From Moniliella sp. 'wahieum' (Eukaryota), in the NCBI GenBank assembly GCA_003971905.1, contig RSEE01000010.1:620001-684000 (forward strand): DNA of 64,000 bases, given 5' to 3'. The notes beneath the pieces were generated by a model, which saw only the letters and a program-made list of their open reading frames with translations, ran no database searches and had not been told where the DNA came from. Shown here one piece after another: positions 1 to 12,505 of the stretch. Both the position numbers and the translations under genes were made by a program. Position 1 is the stretch's first letter. Each line of letters opens with the position of its first letter.

Positions 1-3000
1 GCCGGTATCGTCGCCAACAATGAGGGCCACAAGGGCGCCATTGCAGAGGATCCAGGCAAAGAGGAGGTTGGTACGAATGTTTTTGTAATTGTCCAGTTGG
101 AGTTGGGTTGGGTCGGGGCGGGGGCAGGCACGGGCGGGTTGAGTTGCAAGTTGTGCACTGCCTCGGCATACAAACTGTCCACATCGCGCTGGGTCGACGG
201 CAAGTCCACCCGTGCGATGGTTTGTCTTTGTTTGTCGTGGCCCGTGTCGTCTTGGCTCGTCGTAGGTCCGTGCCAGGCGCTTTGTTCTCCCCCTTGGTGC
301 CCCACGAAAGGTCGTGCAGGTACAAAAGGCATACACTTGGAGAATATTGACATAGGTACCGGTCATGATCAGGTATTGGGGAAAACTGGTAATGAGGTGA
401 AGCGGATCAAGGGCAATGATGCTGGCAACCACGTACACCCCCCACGTCAGCACCATAGCAGCAAGGGTTTGTCCGTACACGGACGAGGCGGAAATGTCCA
501 AGACGCGCGCACAAAGCAGAAGACGCTGCTACCAACATGTATGTTGTCACTGCCAAAAGACATAAAAGAGGTCAATTGGTTTGGTCCACATGAAGAAAGA
601 GGAAGGTAAATAGAAAACGTACAGACAGCAAAAATGGAAGCTGCCATTGTGTACTTCCATCGTGATGACTGGGGCCGATTCCCCAAAGAACAGACAAAAA
701 CGAGGCCCAAGGTGGCAATGTAAACATATTTGGTGATGGTGTTGAACACGCCAATTCCATGTAACTTGAGCTTGGGTTCCTCCAGTGCCGTGGTGATGAT
801 ACGGAAGAAGAGATAGAAGTTCCCGACTGACAGCCAGGAAACGATGAGGTCCAACACATGATACAAGTCCAGCACCAACAGCCAAAACTTGCGCAGCCAC
901 GAGTGCCCGGAGCGACACATCTGCCCCACATGACTCAGGGCATACATACCCGCAAAGAAGGAACCGTTGAGCCAGCGTCGTCGTTGGGAGATGAACTCGG
1001 CCAACCCGCTCGGTACGTCGGTCCAAGCCCTGGCTGACTTGACGTACTGCAACCTCCAGGCTGCCCTCGCCTTGGCCACCAACTCAAAGCATAAGATCCG
1101 ATCCTCAGCCAAGTACATGTTGGAAGTAAACACGTCCGGATTGTTTCCCAGCGGGTTCTCCCCAAGAAAGTATGAGCCGAGCGGCCCGCGACCATACTCG
1201 TCGTTGAGCAACGCCTGGTATCGGTATGCGGAGAACGCACCGGCAAAACCGACACAAAGCCAAACAGGGACTCGGTCGTCTTGTCGAGAATGTTGGAGAC
1301 TTTGTACTCAAAATTTTGAGATGAAACGAGGGGGTTGAGCAAAGACCAACCTAAGCCCCATTTGCCCTTGGGATCCGCACAAATCTCTCCGCACGCACCG
1401 CCCACCGAGGCGTTCTTGTCGAATGCCCGCCAGAGGTGGTAGATCGACTTGGGTTCGGGCCGCGTACCAGCATCGACCAAGACACACACATTGGGGTTGA
1501 GCGTCGGACAAAACGCCTCAAAGAACCAGCGATGGGAATTGATCTTTTTCAGATTCCGTTCTTTGAGACAAAACAGAATCTGGATAGGTACCACGCCTTT
1601 CTCTGCTCCCGAAAGCGCAGCTTTGGGTTCAAACTCAACTGGGTCGAATACTCAAACAGATGTGCCTCGACCGGCTGGTCGTCCACGGCACCCTGGGCGA
1701 TCCCATCTTGGTACACGCCCATGGCGCAAGGCAGTCTAGCACACGAGGATGCACATGGGCTCGCCCATCTGCAATAATGGCAACCACAACTTTTTTCCAT
1801 CCGTCGGGACCCCAGATGGGGGAACGCTTGAGGGAGCAAAGGTGCATAATGTTCTTCATCACTCCATGGAGTGTGCGCGTGAAAACTGAGTGCGGGTTAG
1901 TGGGCCAAATAACAAAACCGGGGCACGGAGTAAAAGCAACGTACGGACTTCATTCTCGTTGTACAGAGTGAGACAGATGAACAGTTCGGTTGGTCGGTGC
2001 ATCAGGGCCGAGCGGAGGGTATAGTGCTGCTCGACAAACTGGCGAGGATCGCAGGTCACCGCGTATAACGCATGCGCGTAAACTCGGTCGTGTGGCGCGG
2101 TACCAGCTCGAGCATACGGGAGGGGACAGGACAGTCGATCACCAAGTGGCCCTGGGTAAGACGCACCGACTTGTGGGTGAGCGCACGGCGCAAGCCGAAC
2201 CGTGCCTACATCAGCATACGAGTCGTGGGACTCGGTCTCGGCGTATTCCCCGCCCTCGTCAGTGTAGGCGCGGGTGGCATGCAAGCCGAGATAATCTTTC
2301 TCCTCTTCGCCCAAATAGTTGGTATGGGTGTAGGATGTGGGTGCGTCGTATCCTGAGCTGGAGTAAGCAGAGGGGTTCCAGTGCACCCCACCCTCGGCCT
2401 CGTCAGTAGGCATGTCAATCGCAGTTGAGAAGACGGGGGGCTGGCTCGACCAGCCTTGGCGCCGAGGAAGCGGGGCGGGCGTATGCGTGAAGCACGTTGC
2501 TGGCATCTTGCAAGCGCGAGCGCAGAACATCCAGGTCCACATCCGGCATCTCATCGTCCATGGCCTTGGGCAAATGCGCCAGCAATTCCTTCTCTTCGTC
2601 GATTGGGTCAGAGTGACGGGAAGGAGATTCTTCCGAGTAGGCGGTGAGGGTATACCCTTGGGAGGCCTGGCTGGCAGGCCCGCTTGGTGGCTCGCGGCCA
2701 AAGACCTGGGTATACGCCGAGAGTGGGTTCATCTCGGTGGGTGGCTGGCTGCCTCTCACAGAGGAAGGAACAGTTGGTGCGGATGCTGGTGCAGGAGGGG
2801 GGGCAGGAGGGGATGCAGATACGGGCGTTGCCTCATACACTACAGGCGCAGGCACAGGCTGATACACAGCAGGGGCCGGTGGTGGTTGATATGCCGCTGG
2901 AGCAGGCGATGGCTGGTATGCTGCTGGAGCAGGCGACGGCTGGTAGTGCCCCACTGGGGAACGCGCTGGCTCGTACACGGTAGGTGGCCGGGGCTGCGGT

Positions 3001-3396
3001 TGAGGCGCCAGTGTGGGGAGTGGCGCAGGTTCGTAGACGGCGGGGTATGAGTGTGGGCGCGGGGGGGGAGCGGCGGTGGCGGGGTAGGGCGCGGGATAAG
3101 CGAGGGGCTGGTATCCGGCTGCGGGGGGCGGAAATGGGGCTGGGGATGTGTAGATGGGAGAGTGCAAGGCAGGGGGCACCGGGGGAGCGGCCAAGGGTTC
3201 TGGCTGTGGCTCGTACACTGTGCGCCGAGCAGATGCGATGTTGTGGGACGCCGACGAGGCGGTGGGAGGGGCCAAAACCGAAGCGGAATATGGCGTTGCT
3301 GTCTGGGGCGGCTACCGGGAGGTGGGGGTAGGCGGCGTCCTGGATGCCGGGGGAGAGGTAGGCATGGTAGCCCCCCTGCGGCGGCGGGTTGGCCAT
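1..3396 (-). CDS. Chitin synthase, division 1 (class I/II-like); 3' end runs off the window; frameshifted in the assembly
   Basis: Motifs [47 protein letters not shown] and QRRRWLNG across ORFs 447-1971. Pro-rich N-terminus from the ATG at 3396. Intron near 1885-1945. Confidence 0.95.
2870..2950 (-). repeat. Coding tandem repeat (about 24 bp, [12 protein letters not shown]) in the chitin synthase N-terminus
   Basis: [30 protein letters not shown] in ORF 2415-3275. Confidence 0.7.
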
Positions 3397-4948
3397 GTCG
3401 ATCGGACAGACAGACGGCAGAAGGACGGGCCAAACGACACAATCGCCGATGGGTCCAATGGAAGGAGGTGGCAGGGTCGAGGTGGAGTAAAGAGAGGGCG
3501 CCTTTGGCCGCTGCGGGATTGCCTAACGTTCTTTGCTTGGTGCCTGTCTACTACATAGGCCACCCACTACAGGTTGGGCCGCTGTGGGTTTCACAGCCGA
3601 GGGGAACGCCTTTGGTCTCCCTTCGATGCTATCATATCAGTGAGCGCCTCTGCCCACACCGTCTTGCACTGCCCACTCTGGCAGCTTCCATGGTGGTGAT
3701 CATGATTACTGAGTACGGCGCCAGCAGACCACAGGTAGCACACACCCAGCGCCCCACAGCACACACATCACGCCCACTGATGTTCTACCAAGGTAGTGAG
3801 GCACATGATCGCCATCTGCGCTTCCTACTGCTCCCCAATGCCTCGTCCTAACTGCTGTGCTGCTGCCGTCTTACCGTTCGGAACCTGCGGAGGGCCGGTG
3901 ACCGGTGGCCGGAGACTCGAGCGAAGCTAGCGAGTACTCTGTCTGAGTGCAGTTAGTCTTGGACCGAGTACCGGACTGTTGCTGTGCCCGCCAGGCGGGC
4001 TGGGAGGGCGACTGTGCTTTTGCGGACACTTGTCCCATCTCGGGTCTCACATCTCAACGCCACAGAAGGGCAAGATCCAGAAGGCGAAAGTGCTGCGGGT
4101 GGGCTCGAGTCGAAATGCATGACCATAGAACCTGCGTCAACAGTTCCGCCGCAGCTCAAAGCAAAGCCGGCGCGTATTACGTACCCCTTGCGCAGCGTGT
4201 AATTTCAATTGCCAGCCAGCAGACTCTGGCCCTAACAGACGCTGACCGGTGACCGTTGACCGTTGACCGCTGACCAGCTGATTTGCCTCAAGTGACTCAA
4301 GCAGTAGTCACTCTCGAGTCGGTACTCAGTAGGAAAAGCTGCACTGAAAAAGAAACCCTTCAGAACCCTCTCCTGGCCCCAGGCGTCGGATCATTTCATC
4401 ACAGTCGCATATATAGCAAGCCAACAGCGGACAACCACTTGGTAGCTTGCCCAGCTTATCTTCTTCAGCCGCTTGGGTCTGCCTCCATCCCTCACAGCTG
4501 TGGTCCACTCTAGAATCCATCATGTGTTTCCAAAAACAGATGTATATGAATGATGCGTATGTTCGTTTTGCCGAACGCGCTGTTTTCTTCCCAACAATCA
4601 ACACGTCCTGCGCGCCATACATCATTCTCATGTGTCCTTTCATAACTCCATGTCAGAGAGAAGCGATGTCCCTAACGGTCATGGTAGTCAGGGCAACGGT
4701 GAGAAAAAGGGAGGATACAAAACGAAAAAGAGAGATCAGGAGAAACAACACGCATCTTCGTAGATGAACGCAACGGAAGGGGATGCGAAGTGTGTGAAAA
4801 GTGCGAGCATCAAGGCGAAAACATAAAAACAGAAAACAGTGACTGATGAGGATGAGGCAATCAGGGTAATACATCCTCAACAATAATACCAGCTGTAATA
4901 GCTGTGAGCCACGCGAGCGGAGGATGGGTGAAGGAGAGAAGGTATATA

Positions 4949-5825
4949 TCAAACGACGATCTTGGATGACCGACGAACGTTCTTGCGTTCCCCGGCATCT
5001 TCGTGGCTCTGGAACTCGACCGAAGACCGGTCGGTGCCTAGGCCTAGGGTATTGACCTTGAACTGCTGTCCCACGTCGTAAGTGCGTCGTCCGATGCGGT
5101 CCGCATCCGCTTTGGCAGAGGGGGTGGCGTCCAACGGCGCCCTGGTCCAGACGGAGATACGGTAAAACGTAGGCCGAACAGCCAGGGCCACGCCGGTGAC
5201 CGCACTCGGTTCGTCTAGGCTAACGGCAGGTCGAGAACCCACGGGAAAGGGTAGATCGAGCGTCTCCCCAATCGCTCCCAGCATTGTTTTTAGCCAGAAA
5301 TTGTCAATCATGCTGAGATACTTGTTGTGGGGGAACTGGACCACCCACGACCCCCCTCCTACGTTGGCTGGGTCTTCCCAAGCAGGCTGGACGCCGTCGC
5401 GGAAGAGGTAGTAGGTAGCCCTTTGGGTCTGCTTAGAGGGGGGTGGAATGTCAAAGTACAGACTAATGTATGTCTACTAGGTCAGTGTGATCGAGGGGCC
5501 AAAAAGGAGGAACACACGCATACACATAGAAGGCCTCAACGCTGTCCACGTCGGCCACTTTGTCCATGCTCTGGCCCCAATGGGACGACGTGACCTTGCG
5601 AGTGGCAGCGTGCGGCGTATCGGAATAGAGGGTCCAGGTGGAGGCAAGCGGGTGCTTGGCAGTATAGTGGACAGGGTCGTCAAAAATGGTCAGTGGGTGC
5701 GATGTGCGTTGGGTTGCATCGTGAGGAGAGGTAGAGGCGCCGGATGCGGGGACATGCGGCTGGACATCGTCGTGGGCGTGGGGGGTGGAGATGGAGAGGT
5801 GGGGCTTGGGCGGAAGGGGGACCAT
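4949..5825 (-). CDS. Translation initiation factor eIF4E-family cap-binding protein (divergent)
   Basis: HPLASTW...SHW...SVEAFY, intron 5463-5523 (GTATGC..CTGAC..TAG), then YYLFRDGVQPAWEDPANVGGGSW, NFWLKTMLGAIGE, RISVWT, FQSHED; the spliced frame is continuous. Confidence 0.92.
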
Positions 5826-6156
5826 GGCGGGGGGCAGGCTGGGCAGGTCGAGGGGGATGGTGGGTGGGGGATGGAGGAGAGGCTGGGATGCGGGCGGCCG
5901 AGGCGATGCAGGGGGGGGCGGTGGGGCGCGGATCCCCGGGGGTGGGCAGGGGCGCTAGGCACTAGTCCAGTCCTCGAGCTGCCGCTTCCTATGTTAAAGC
6001 ACGACTGCCTCGCTCGGCTCCACTCGCAAATGAAAGTTGCAATCCCCACCCCGCAGCACCACAGGGCGCAGGCCGATGACCGCTGACCTGTCCAGTCCCT
6101 CCTTCCCGCGGAGGCCGCCCGCCAGTCTACGCTGCGACAGACAACCACCTGCCCCC

Positions 6157-8024
6157 ATGCCCATCGACCCGCAGTTCTTCAACCAGGCCATTAGCATCGC
6201 TGGCGGCCTCTTCAAAGTACGAGCAGCAGCACCAAGGCTCCGGCGCCTCCACCGGCAATGGCTCCGGCCATGGCAACGGCAATGATAATGGCAATGGTCA
6301 GAACGCTGCTCAGGGGCAAGGCGACAACCCGCTCGGGGGCCTGCTCAACTCGTTTCTCGGCGGGCAGCAACAACATGGCAACTCTCAACCTGGCGGGAAT
6401 GGGGGTGCCCTAGATGGGGGGAACCCCCTCGGTGCGTTGGTTGGTGCTTTCCTGGGCGGCCAGAGCCAGGGTCCGAGCCAAGGCGGGGGCGGAGGCCAGA
6501 ACCAGGACCAGTACCAGAGCCAGCACCAGAACCAGGGCCAGTACCAGAACCAGAACCAAACCAGAACCAGGGCCAAAACCAAAACCAGAACCAGGGCCAA
6601 AACCTACCAGAACCACGGCCAACACCAACAGAGCGGGGGGCCTCAGCGGCCCCAATATGGTCACAGTCAGGGACAGGGCCAACAGGACGGTGGCTATTCA
6701 GCTCATCAATCCCGCCCACAAGGATTTCAAGGTCAAGAGAACGAGAGCTACTCGGGCGGGGGCTATGGTCAGAGCCAAAGTGGCTATGGAGGCAACCCAA
6801 ACCACTATGGAAGCAACGCAGGTAACTACGGAGGCAACCCAGGCAACTATGGGGGCAACCAAGGTAACTATGGGGGCAGCCAAGGCAACTATGGGGGCAG
6901 CCAAGGCATATGGGGGCAACCAAGACGAGTTCGCGAGCAATCACAGTTACGAACACGAGAAGGAGCACCACCACAAGAAGCATCACAAAGAGCAAGAGCA
7001 AGAGCAAGAGCAAGAGCAAGAGCAAGAGCAAGAGCAAGAGCAAGAGCAGGAGCAAGGCAACGAAGAGGGTGGGTACAGCTCCGAGGGGAAGAAGCATGGA
7101 AAGGACCACGGGGGTGAGCATTCCAAGAAGCATCACAAGGACGAGGAGCGGTACTCGAACCAAGGGTACCAAGGTGGCCAAAGTGCATACCAGGAATCCG
7201 AGGGTACCTACGGTGCTTACGCTGCACCAGCCTCGGGCCAGTCGCGCCCCGCCAAGCATGGGAAGCACACGGAGGAAGAACCGTCGTCGTTTGGTCAAGC
7301 ACAGAGCACGGGAACAGGGTACGATGCGGCCTCCTACGGCGCTTCGTCCCACGTCGTGTCTGGGGCCGGTGCGCTGGGTTCGGGTTCGGATACGTGGCCC
7401 GACGCACCACCTTCCTGGCACGCCGCGGCGCAGGGCAAGATTGTGGAGCCCAAGGCGGATTATGGAGACAATCAAAAGAACAGTTCTGATCCGCAGTACC
7501 GTTCGTGGCGGGACGAGGCGCGGCGCGAAGGGGACTTGATGGCCCAGGCGTTTGACCAATCCAAAGAGGCGTATTCCTCGGGAGATGGCGCACGGGCCAA
7601 GGACCTGTCCAACCAAGGTCATGCCCACCAGACTCGACGGGACCAACTCAATCAGCAAGCTGCTCGTTGGATTTTCCAGGCCAACAACCAAGATTCCGGG
7701 TCGAACGAGGTGGACCTGCATGGTCTGTTTGTCAAGGAGGCACTGGAAGTGACGCAGCAGGCGATTGCCGAGGCGCGTCGCCGGAAGCTGGATGTGCTGC
7801 GCGTAATTGTAGGTCAGGGGGAGCACTCCCAAGGCCATGTGGCTAAGATCCAACCGGCGGTGGAACAGTTGATGTCGGACGAGCACCTTAGTGCCTCGCT
7901 GGATGAGCATAATCGCGGTGTTGTTCTTGTCCATCTGCAGGGCGAGCAGGGAGAGTACTCCTCGGCCTCGAGCCGCGAGCTGTCGCGCTCGTTGGAGAAC
8001 AACAATGCCTGCATCATCATGTAG
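6157..8024 (+). CDS. Smr/DUF1771 domain protein with a long Q/N/G/Y-rich N-terminus and C-terminal CaaX (CIIM)
   Basis: AFDQSKEAYSSGDGARAKDLSNQG (DUF1771), IFQANN...EVDLHGLFVKEA...LRVIVGQGEHS...NRGVVLVHL (Smr). The N-terminal part is spread over shifted frames from ATG 6157. Confidence 0.88.
6990..7054 (+). repeat. (GAGCAA)n hexamer microsatellite encoding a poly-EQ tract
   Basis: About 10 copies of GAGCAA read directly. Confidence 0.95.
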
Positions 8025-8712
8025 GCTCTTTCGACCCCCTTACCCCTATTGCATCTTTTCACGTCCTCTAGCCTCCGCGATGGCCTTTAGTAGCAGTCCA
8101 TTCCTGAATGCGATCCATCAGGAGCGATTTGCAACCGATCTTGGCGCCTGGGGCTACAAAAAGATCATTGGATATTGATCTGGGTCAGCGGCAAGGTATC
8201 CTCTTCCGGCTCGGGCACGTGAGTGGGGGTACGGGAGGTAAGAACACTGATGAGTACGTTCCAAAACAAAGAGATGAGGTAAATAGACACCACACGGTTG
8301 GGTGGGCGCAACTATCAACTATGAAGTCCATCGTGTTGATTGGACGGGGATCTAGATCGACCACAGGGGTCACGAGTGGGCGATGACGGACCGGGATTAT
8401 TGGCAGCCTTGACTTGGGCGTGGGCTGCCGTAGTAGTAGTGCGTGCCTGCAGCGCCGCCGAGGTCCAACTGTTCATGTCTAAATAAGCCAATCGACGACC
8501 AACAGGTGGGACCAAAGCCCAATGCAACACACTCACAGTATACTGATCTGCCCAACCCAAGTGGGCGCGTGTCTGGGGCTCCTAATGGGAGGTTCCTAAT
8601 GGGAGGTGCTATTACCGCGGTATAAAATGTCTCCCTGCACCCGATACCACGCTATGCTATGCTATGCACCCAGTCCATCAGCCTTTCAATGTGGTACATA
8701 TATAATTCCCCG

Positions 8713-11700
8713 TCAGGCCTCACTTACCGATCCTTCCCCAGCCGGGGTGGCAGCTGGCACAGCGGTTGGCACAGCGACCGGCACTGAGGTCGTGGCTGGG
8801 GGGGGCACGGCGGAAACAGCAACCGTCCCGGCCTCCGCCGTGGCCGGGGCGCCACCGCCTTGGGCGCTGGCTTGACCTCCATTTTCGTCGTGGAGCTGGG
8901 CCGCCTGGGCATGCTGTTCGGCGATCAGCTGATCTTGCCGCGGCGGCACAGGGTGCTCCGGGACGACCAACCGGCCAATCTTCCAGCGCGAGCCACGCAT
9001 TGCACAACGTGCTCAGCCCGTGCGGCCCACGCCGCCACATGGGCGTGTGCAGCGTCCCGCACGCATAACACGATTTGCGTGTCCCGTCGGATTGTGAGTG
9101 GGGACGTGACGCGTTCGTCGTTTCTTGGGCAAATGCTCCCCCGCCGGCGCGGTGCGCGGCACAGCGCGCGTCGGGGATTTGGTCCGCCGCCGCCCTACTG
9201 CCGGAGGCGAATAGGTGACTTTGCGCGGTGCATACCGGTCTCGCTGGTTGTGGAGATGGTGTTCGAGCCCGTCGGGAAGACATAGGTCGGACGCCAAAGG
9301 CAGAGTACCCAATGGATCCAGTTGTGCCCCGGTGGGACCTGCTGAACGAGCCCGCTTAAGCTGAGCAACAAAATTCCGCGATACGCACTCCACCAACGTT
9401 TGGGACAGTGGGGGCTCCCTTTCTTGCCCTGCGGGCAAGCTGTCCACCACCACATCCAGGCAGGACCTCAGGCTCATCGGCTCGGGAGTTGAGAAGCTCC
9501 ACCAGCTTGGGAGAGCGATAGCTGGGTGCAGCAAACGCATCAAAAAACTTCCAGAGCTCCGAGCGGGCCCCTTCACCCCGTCGGCGATCCTTCTCCTTGT
9601 CGCCCACAGCGGGTCTGATTTTCCAACTGACAGGGAAAAGGTCGTGCTGGTTCAGCTTGTCCCCCTCGGGGCGCGGCGAATGGGATGCTGCATCGTGGGA
9701 GGAGTCAACAGAGGATGACGTTGGTTCTTTGGCCACCTGTTCCCCCGCCACACCAAAAAGCGCATCAACCTTGTCCACGACGGGGGCCGAGTCAGAGCCC
9801 ATGGATGGCGCCAAAAGGACAGAGTCAACTCTTCTTGTGGCTTGCCCTCCCCGCGAGCCCGCTCACATACCGCTCGCCACAATGGCAAAACATACCGGAC
9901 TGTGGGGTTTTCGCGAAACTCAAATAGCAGAACTGGGGTACCAGGATCGGGAGAGGGGAGGGCTTGGACGGCGGCGCGTCTGGCGCGGTACCTGCCGGTG
10001 CATCAGGTGCTACCGCCTCAGGGGACATAGCCTGAGTGGGGCCCGCCGAACCGTGAGAAGTAGATCCTTCTACCCTGCTTGTTGTGGTGGATCCCGCAGT
10101 CTGAGTTGACGGCGCAGGCCCGGCGGCCAACGTTGAAGGAGGTAACACCGCTGCACCGGGGGGAGAAACAGGAGCAGGTGAGGGGTGAGCTGGGGGGGGC
10201 AGAGCCGTAGGAGACACTGGTCGAGCAGGGACGGGACATCGTCCAGAGCCGGGCGACTCTAGAAGGTCGAGAAACTCGTCCGACAAGTGACTGCTGTCTT
10301 CCTGCGCAGGCGCATTGGCAGCAACAGTAGCACCGGGTGCAGAAGCCGACGGGATGCTGAGTTCCGTCGGCGTAGACACAGGAGCGGGTGCTGGTATCGG
10401 TTGAGGCGGGAGCGCGGATGTTGCAGCGGGCAGTGGCAGGGAGGCCGGTCCGGGCACTTGAGGAGCCATTACAGGCGGTCGGGGGAGATGGACCGTCTGC
10501 GTGGGAGCTGGCGCGGGAGCTGGCGCAGGAGCTGGCGCAGGAGCTGGCGCAGGAACTGGCGCAGGAGCTGACGCGGGAGCTGGTGCGGGAGCTGGAGGCA
10601 AAGGCACCGAGGGCCCCTGAGCAGAACGGGGGAGGGGAGGACGGGGGAGGGGAGGACGGGGGAGGGCGCCGGGCGGCAGGGCTGGAGTCGGATGAGAGCC
10701 TGGTGGAGCTGGAGTCGGTGCCAGCGACGTGGCAGGCAGACGTTGTTCCTGCTTTAGTTCTTCGGTGATAGACTGGATATGTTGGCCCAGCACTCTGAGT
10801 TCCTGGGCAGAAGCTTTCCCGGCAGCAGCAGCATGCAACAAAGCCTGCAGGCCAGGGTTGGTTGCTGCGCGCAGGTTGATTCTTGTAACCAAGTTGGGGT
10901 CAATATTGGGTGCTGCTACAGCCGGCGCCGAGGAGCGGAGCGAGGCAGTGGCGGAAGGACGCGGCGCTGGTGGGCGGGAAGGATAGGTGGCTCGTGCGGA
11001 TGCGGGGAGGGGAGTGCCCGCACCAAAGCCGAGCCGGGGCGGAGGAGGGGCCTTGGGTTTCTTGGGCTTCGGGACACGTGCCTTGCGCTCCCCTCCGGCC
11101 TCGGCCGGGGTTGATTTGCGCTTGCGTGGTTTTGCCGCGGGCCCCGTCGCGGTAGTGGAGGTGGTCGCAGGCCGGGTAGGTGGGGATCCCGCTCGAGGCG
11201 CGAGGTGCGAGCCGGATTCGCGGACAGGAACACCAAATCCGGGCGCCGGTGGACCGCAGCGCCAAAAGCGTGTATGAACAAAGATATGGGGACCAATCTC
11301 CACGTCCGCCACACCCAGCGAGGTGAGGATCCATCCCGTGTCCATAAGACGCGCAATGTCTACATGTTTTGAGGCGGGGGGCAAGCCCAGCAACGCTGGC
11401 GGAAGGTTGGGGTTGAATACGTTGACAGTGGCCCGGGCGCGTCGAGTCCAGGGGGTGTAAAAGGAGTGGAGATGGGCCAGGCGGGATTGGCGCAGAGCCT
11501 GGAAAACCACCATCCTATACGAAACAATGTGAGTACTCGGACTAGGGGAACTGGGGGAGACAGCGGGGGGGTGGGGGGGACGCGTACCGATCAGCCTCGC
11601 TCAACGACTGGGGTCGGGGTGCTGTGCTCCGCTCCGTGTCCTCCAGACTACTCAAGTCCGAGTCGTCCGATTCGGCAATAGCAGAGGAGAGGCCGGGTGC

Positions 11701-12261
11701 TCCCTCCCCATCGGATGAGGAACCGAGGTCGCCCGAGTCGCTCTCGCTTCCACGGTACACACCCTGCGTGCCCGGCTTGGATGCGGACGACCTGGGGGTA
11801 GCATGGCGGGCAGCCGCCATGGCCGCTGGCCGGTCAGGCACAGACGATTCGGCCATAGGCGCATCGGTCCGAGGCAGACGGGGTGGCGGGAGGCGGTGGG
11901 CGAGGTGGCCGCTCCGCCAGGCGAAAGGGGACGACAAGCTCTGGGTTGGGGGCACGTCGGCCACCGCCGGCAGTAAGCGTGGGCGGAGCTGGCCGGCGAT
12001 GTTGCGGCCACGCGCATGGGACACGATGCGGTCCGACACCCCAATCGTTCCCGACGCAACGGACGAGCGGGAGGGCCAGCGGAGATGGGCGTTGGGGTCG
12101 TCGGGGGCGCCATTCGGGCCGGACGGGCGGCGCTTATTGCTGGCGGTTGCCCTGGGAGCCTTCTTGCCCGCCTCGGAGGGCGCGCTCGGAGCCGGAGCGC
12201 CGTCGGCCACGGGGACGGATACGGCCGCGGCCGGCGCGGGGATGGGCTGGCGGACACTCAT
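8713..12261 (-). CDS. Swc3-like (SWR1 complex subunit-like) protein with a C-terminal GATA zinc finger
   Basis: Intron about 11516-11586 joins SLSEADR to MVVFQALRQSRL. Swc3-like blocks are VEIGPHIF, DPNLVTRINLRAATNPGLQALLHAAAAGKASAQELRVL and EFRENPTVRYVLP. GATA finger [26 protein letters not shown](G) at about 8995-9075. Confidence 0.75.
10501..10595 (-). repeat. 12-bp coding tandem repeat encoding (AP)n
   Basis: GGAGCTGGCGC(A/G) repeated about 7 times on the + strand. Confidence 0.9.
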
Positions 12262-12505
12262 GGCCGGCTCGCACGCTCCAGTGGCTGCGGCGGGTCGCAG
12301 CCCACCAATAAATAAGCGTGCTGCCCGGTGTCGCTCCCGCCCCCTGTTAACATTTCACAGCCCCGCCCCGCCGGGCGGAATCGGCACCTCCCCATTCCGC
12401 GCGCTGCATCTTCTTGCTGGGCCAAGGGCACTCTGCGGGGCTTGGACGCCCACATCAACGACACCGCCGACGACGACCCTGCCGCGGCCGAGGTAGCGTT
12501 GCCCA

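Noticed and set aside
6345..7934. 529-aa antisense ORF with poly-Leu, and many other long antisense or shifted ORFs
   Set aside because: Shadow ORFs of GC-rich coding strands and microsatellites, with no independent motifs
8575..8610. 14-bp direct repeat TCCTAATGGGAGGT x2 and nearby short ORFs at 8100-8560
   Set aside because: A simple local duplication between convergent genes, with no supporting element structure
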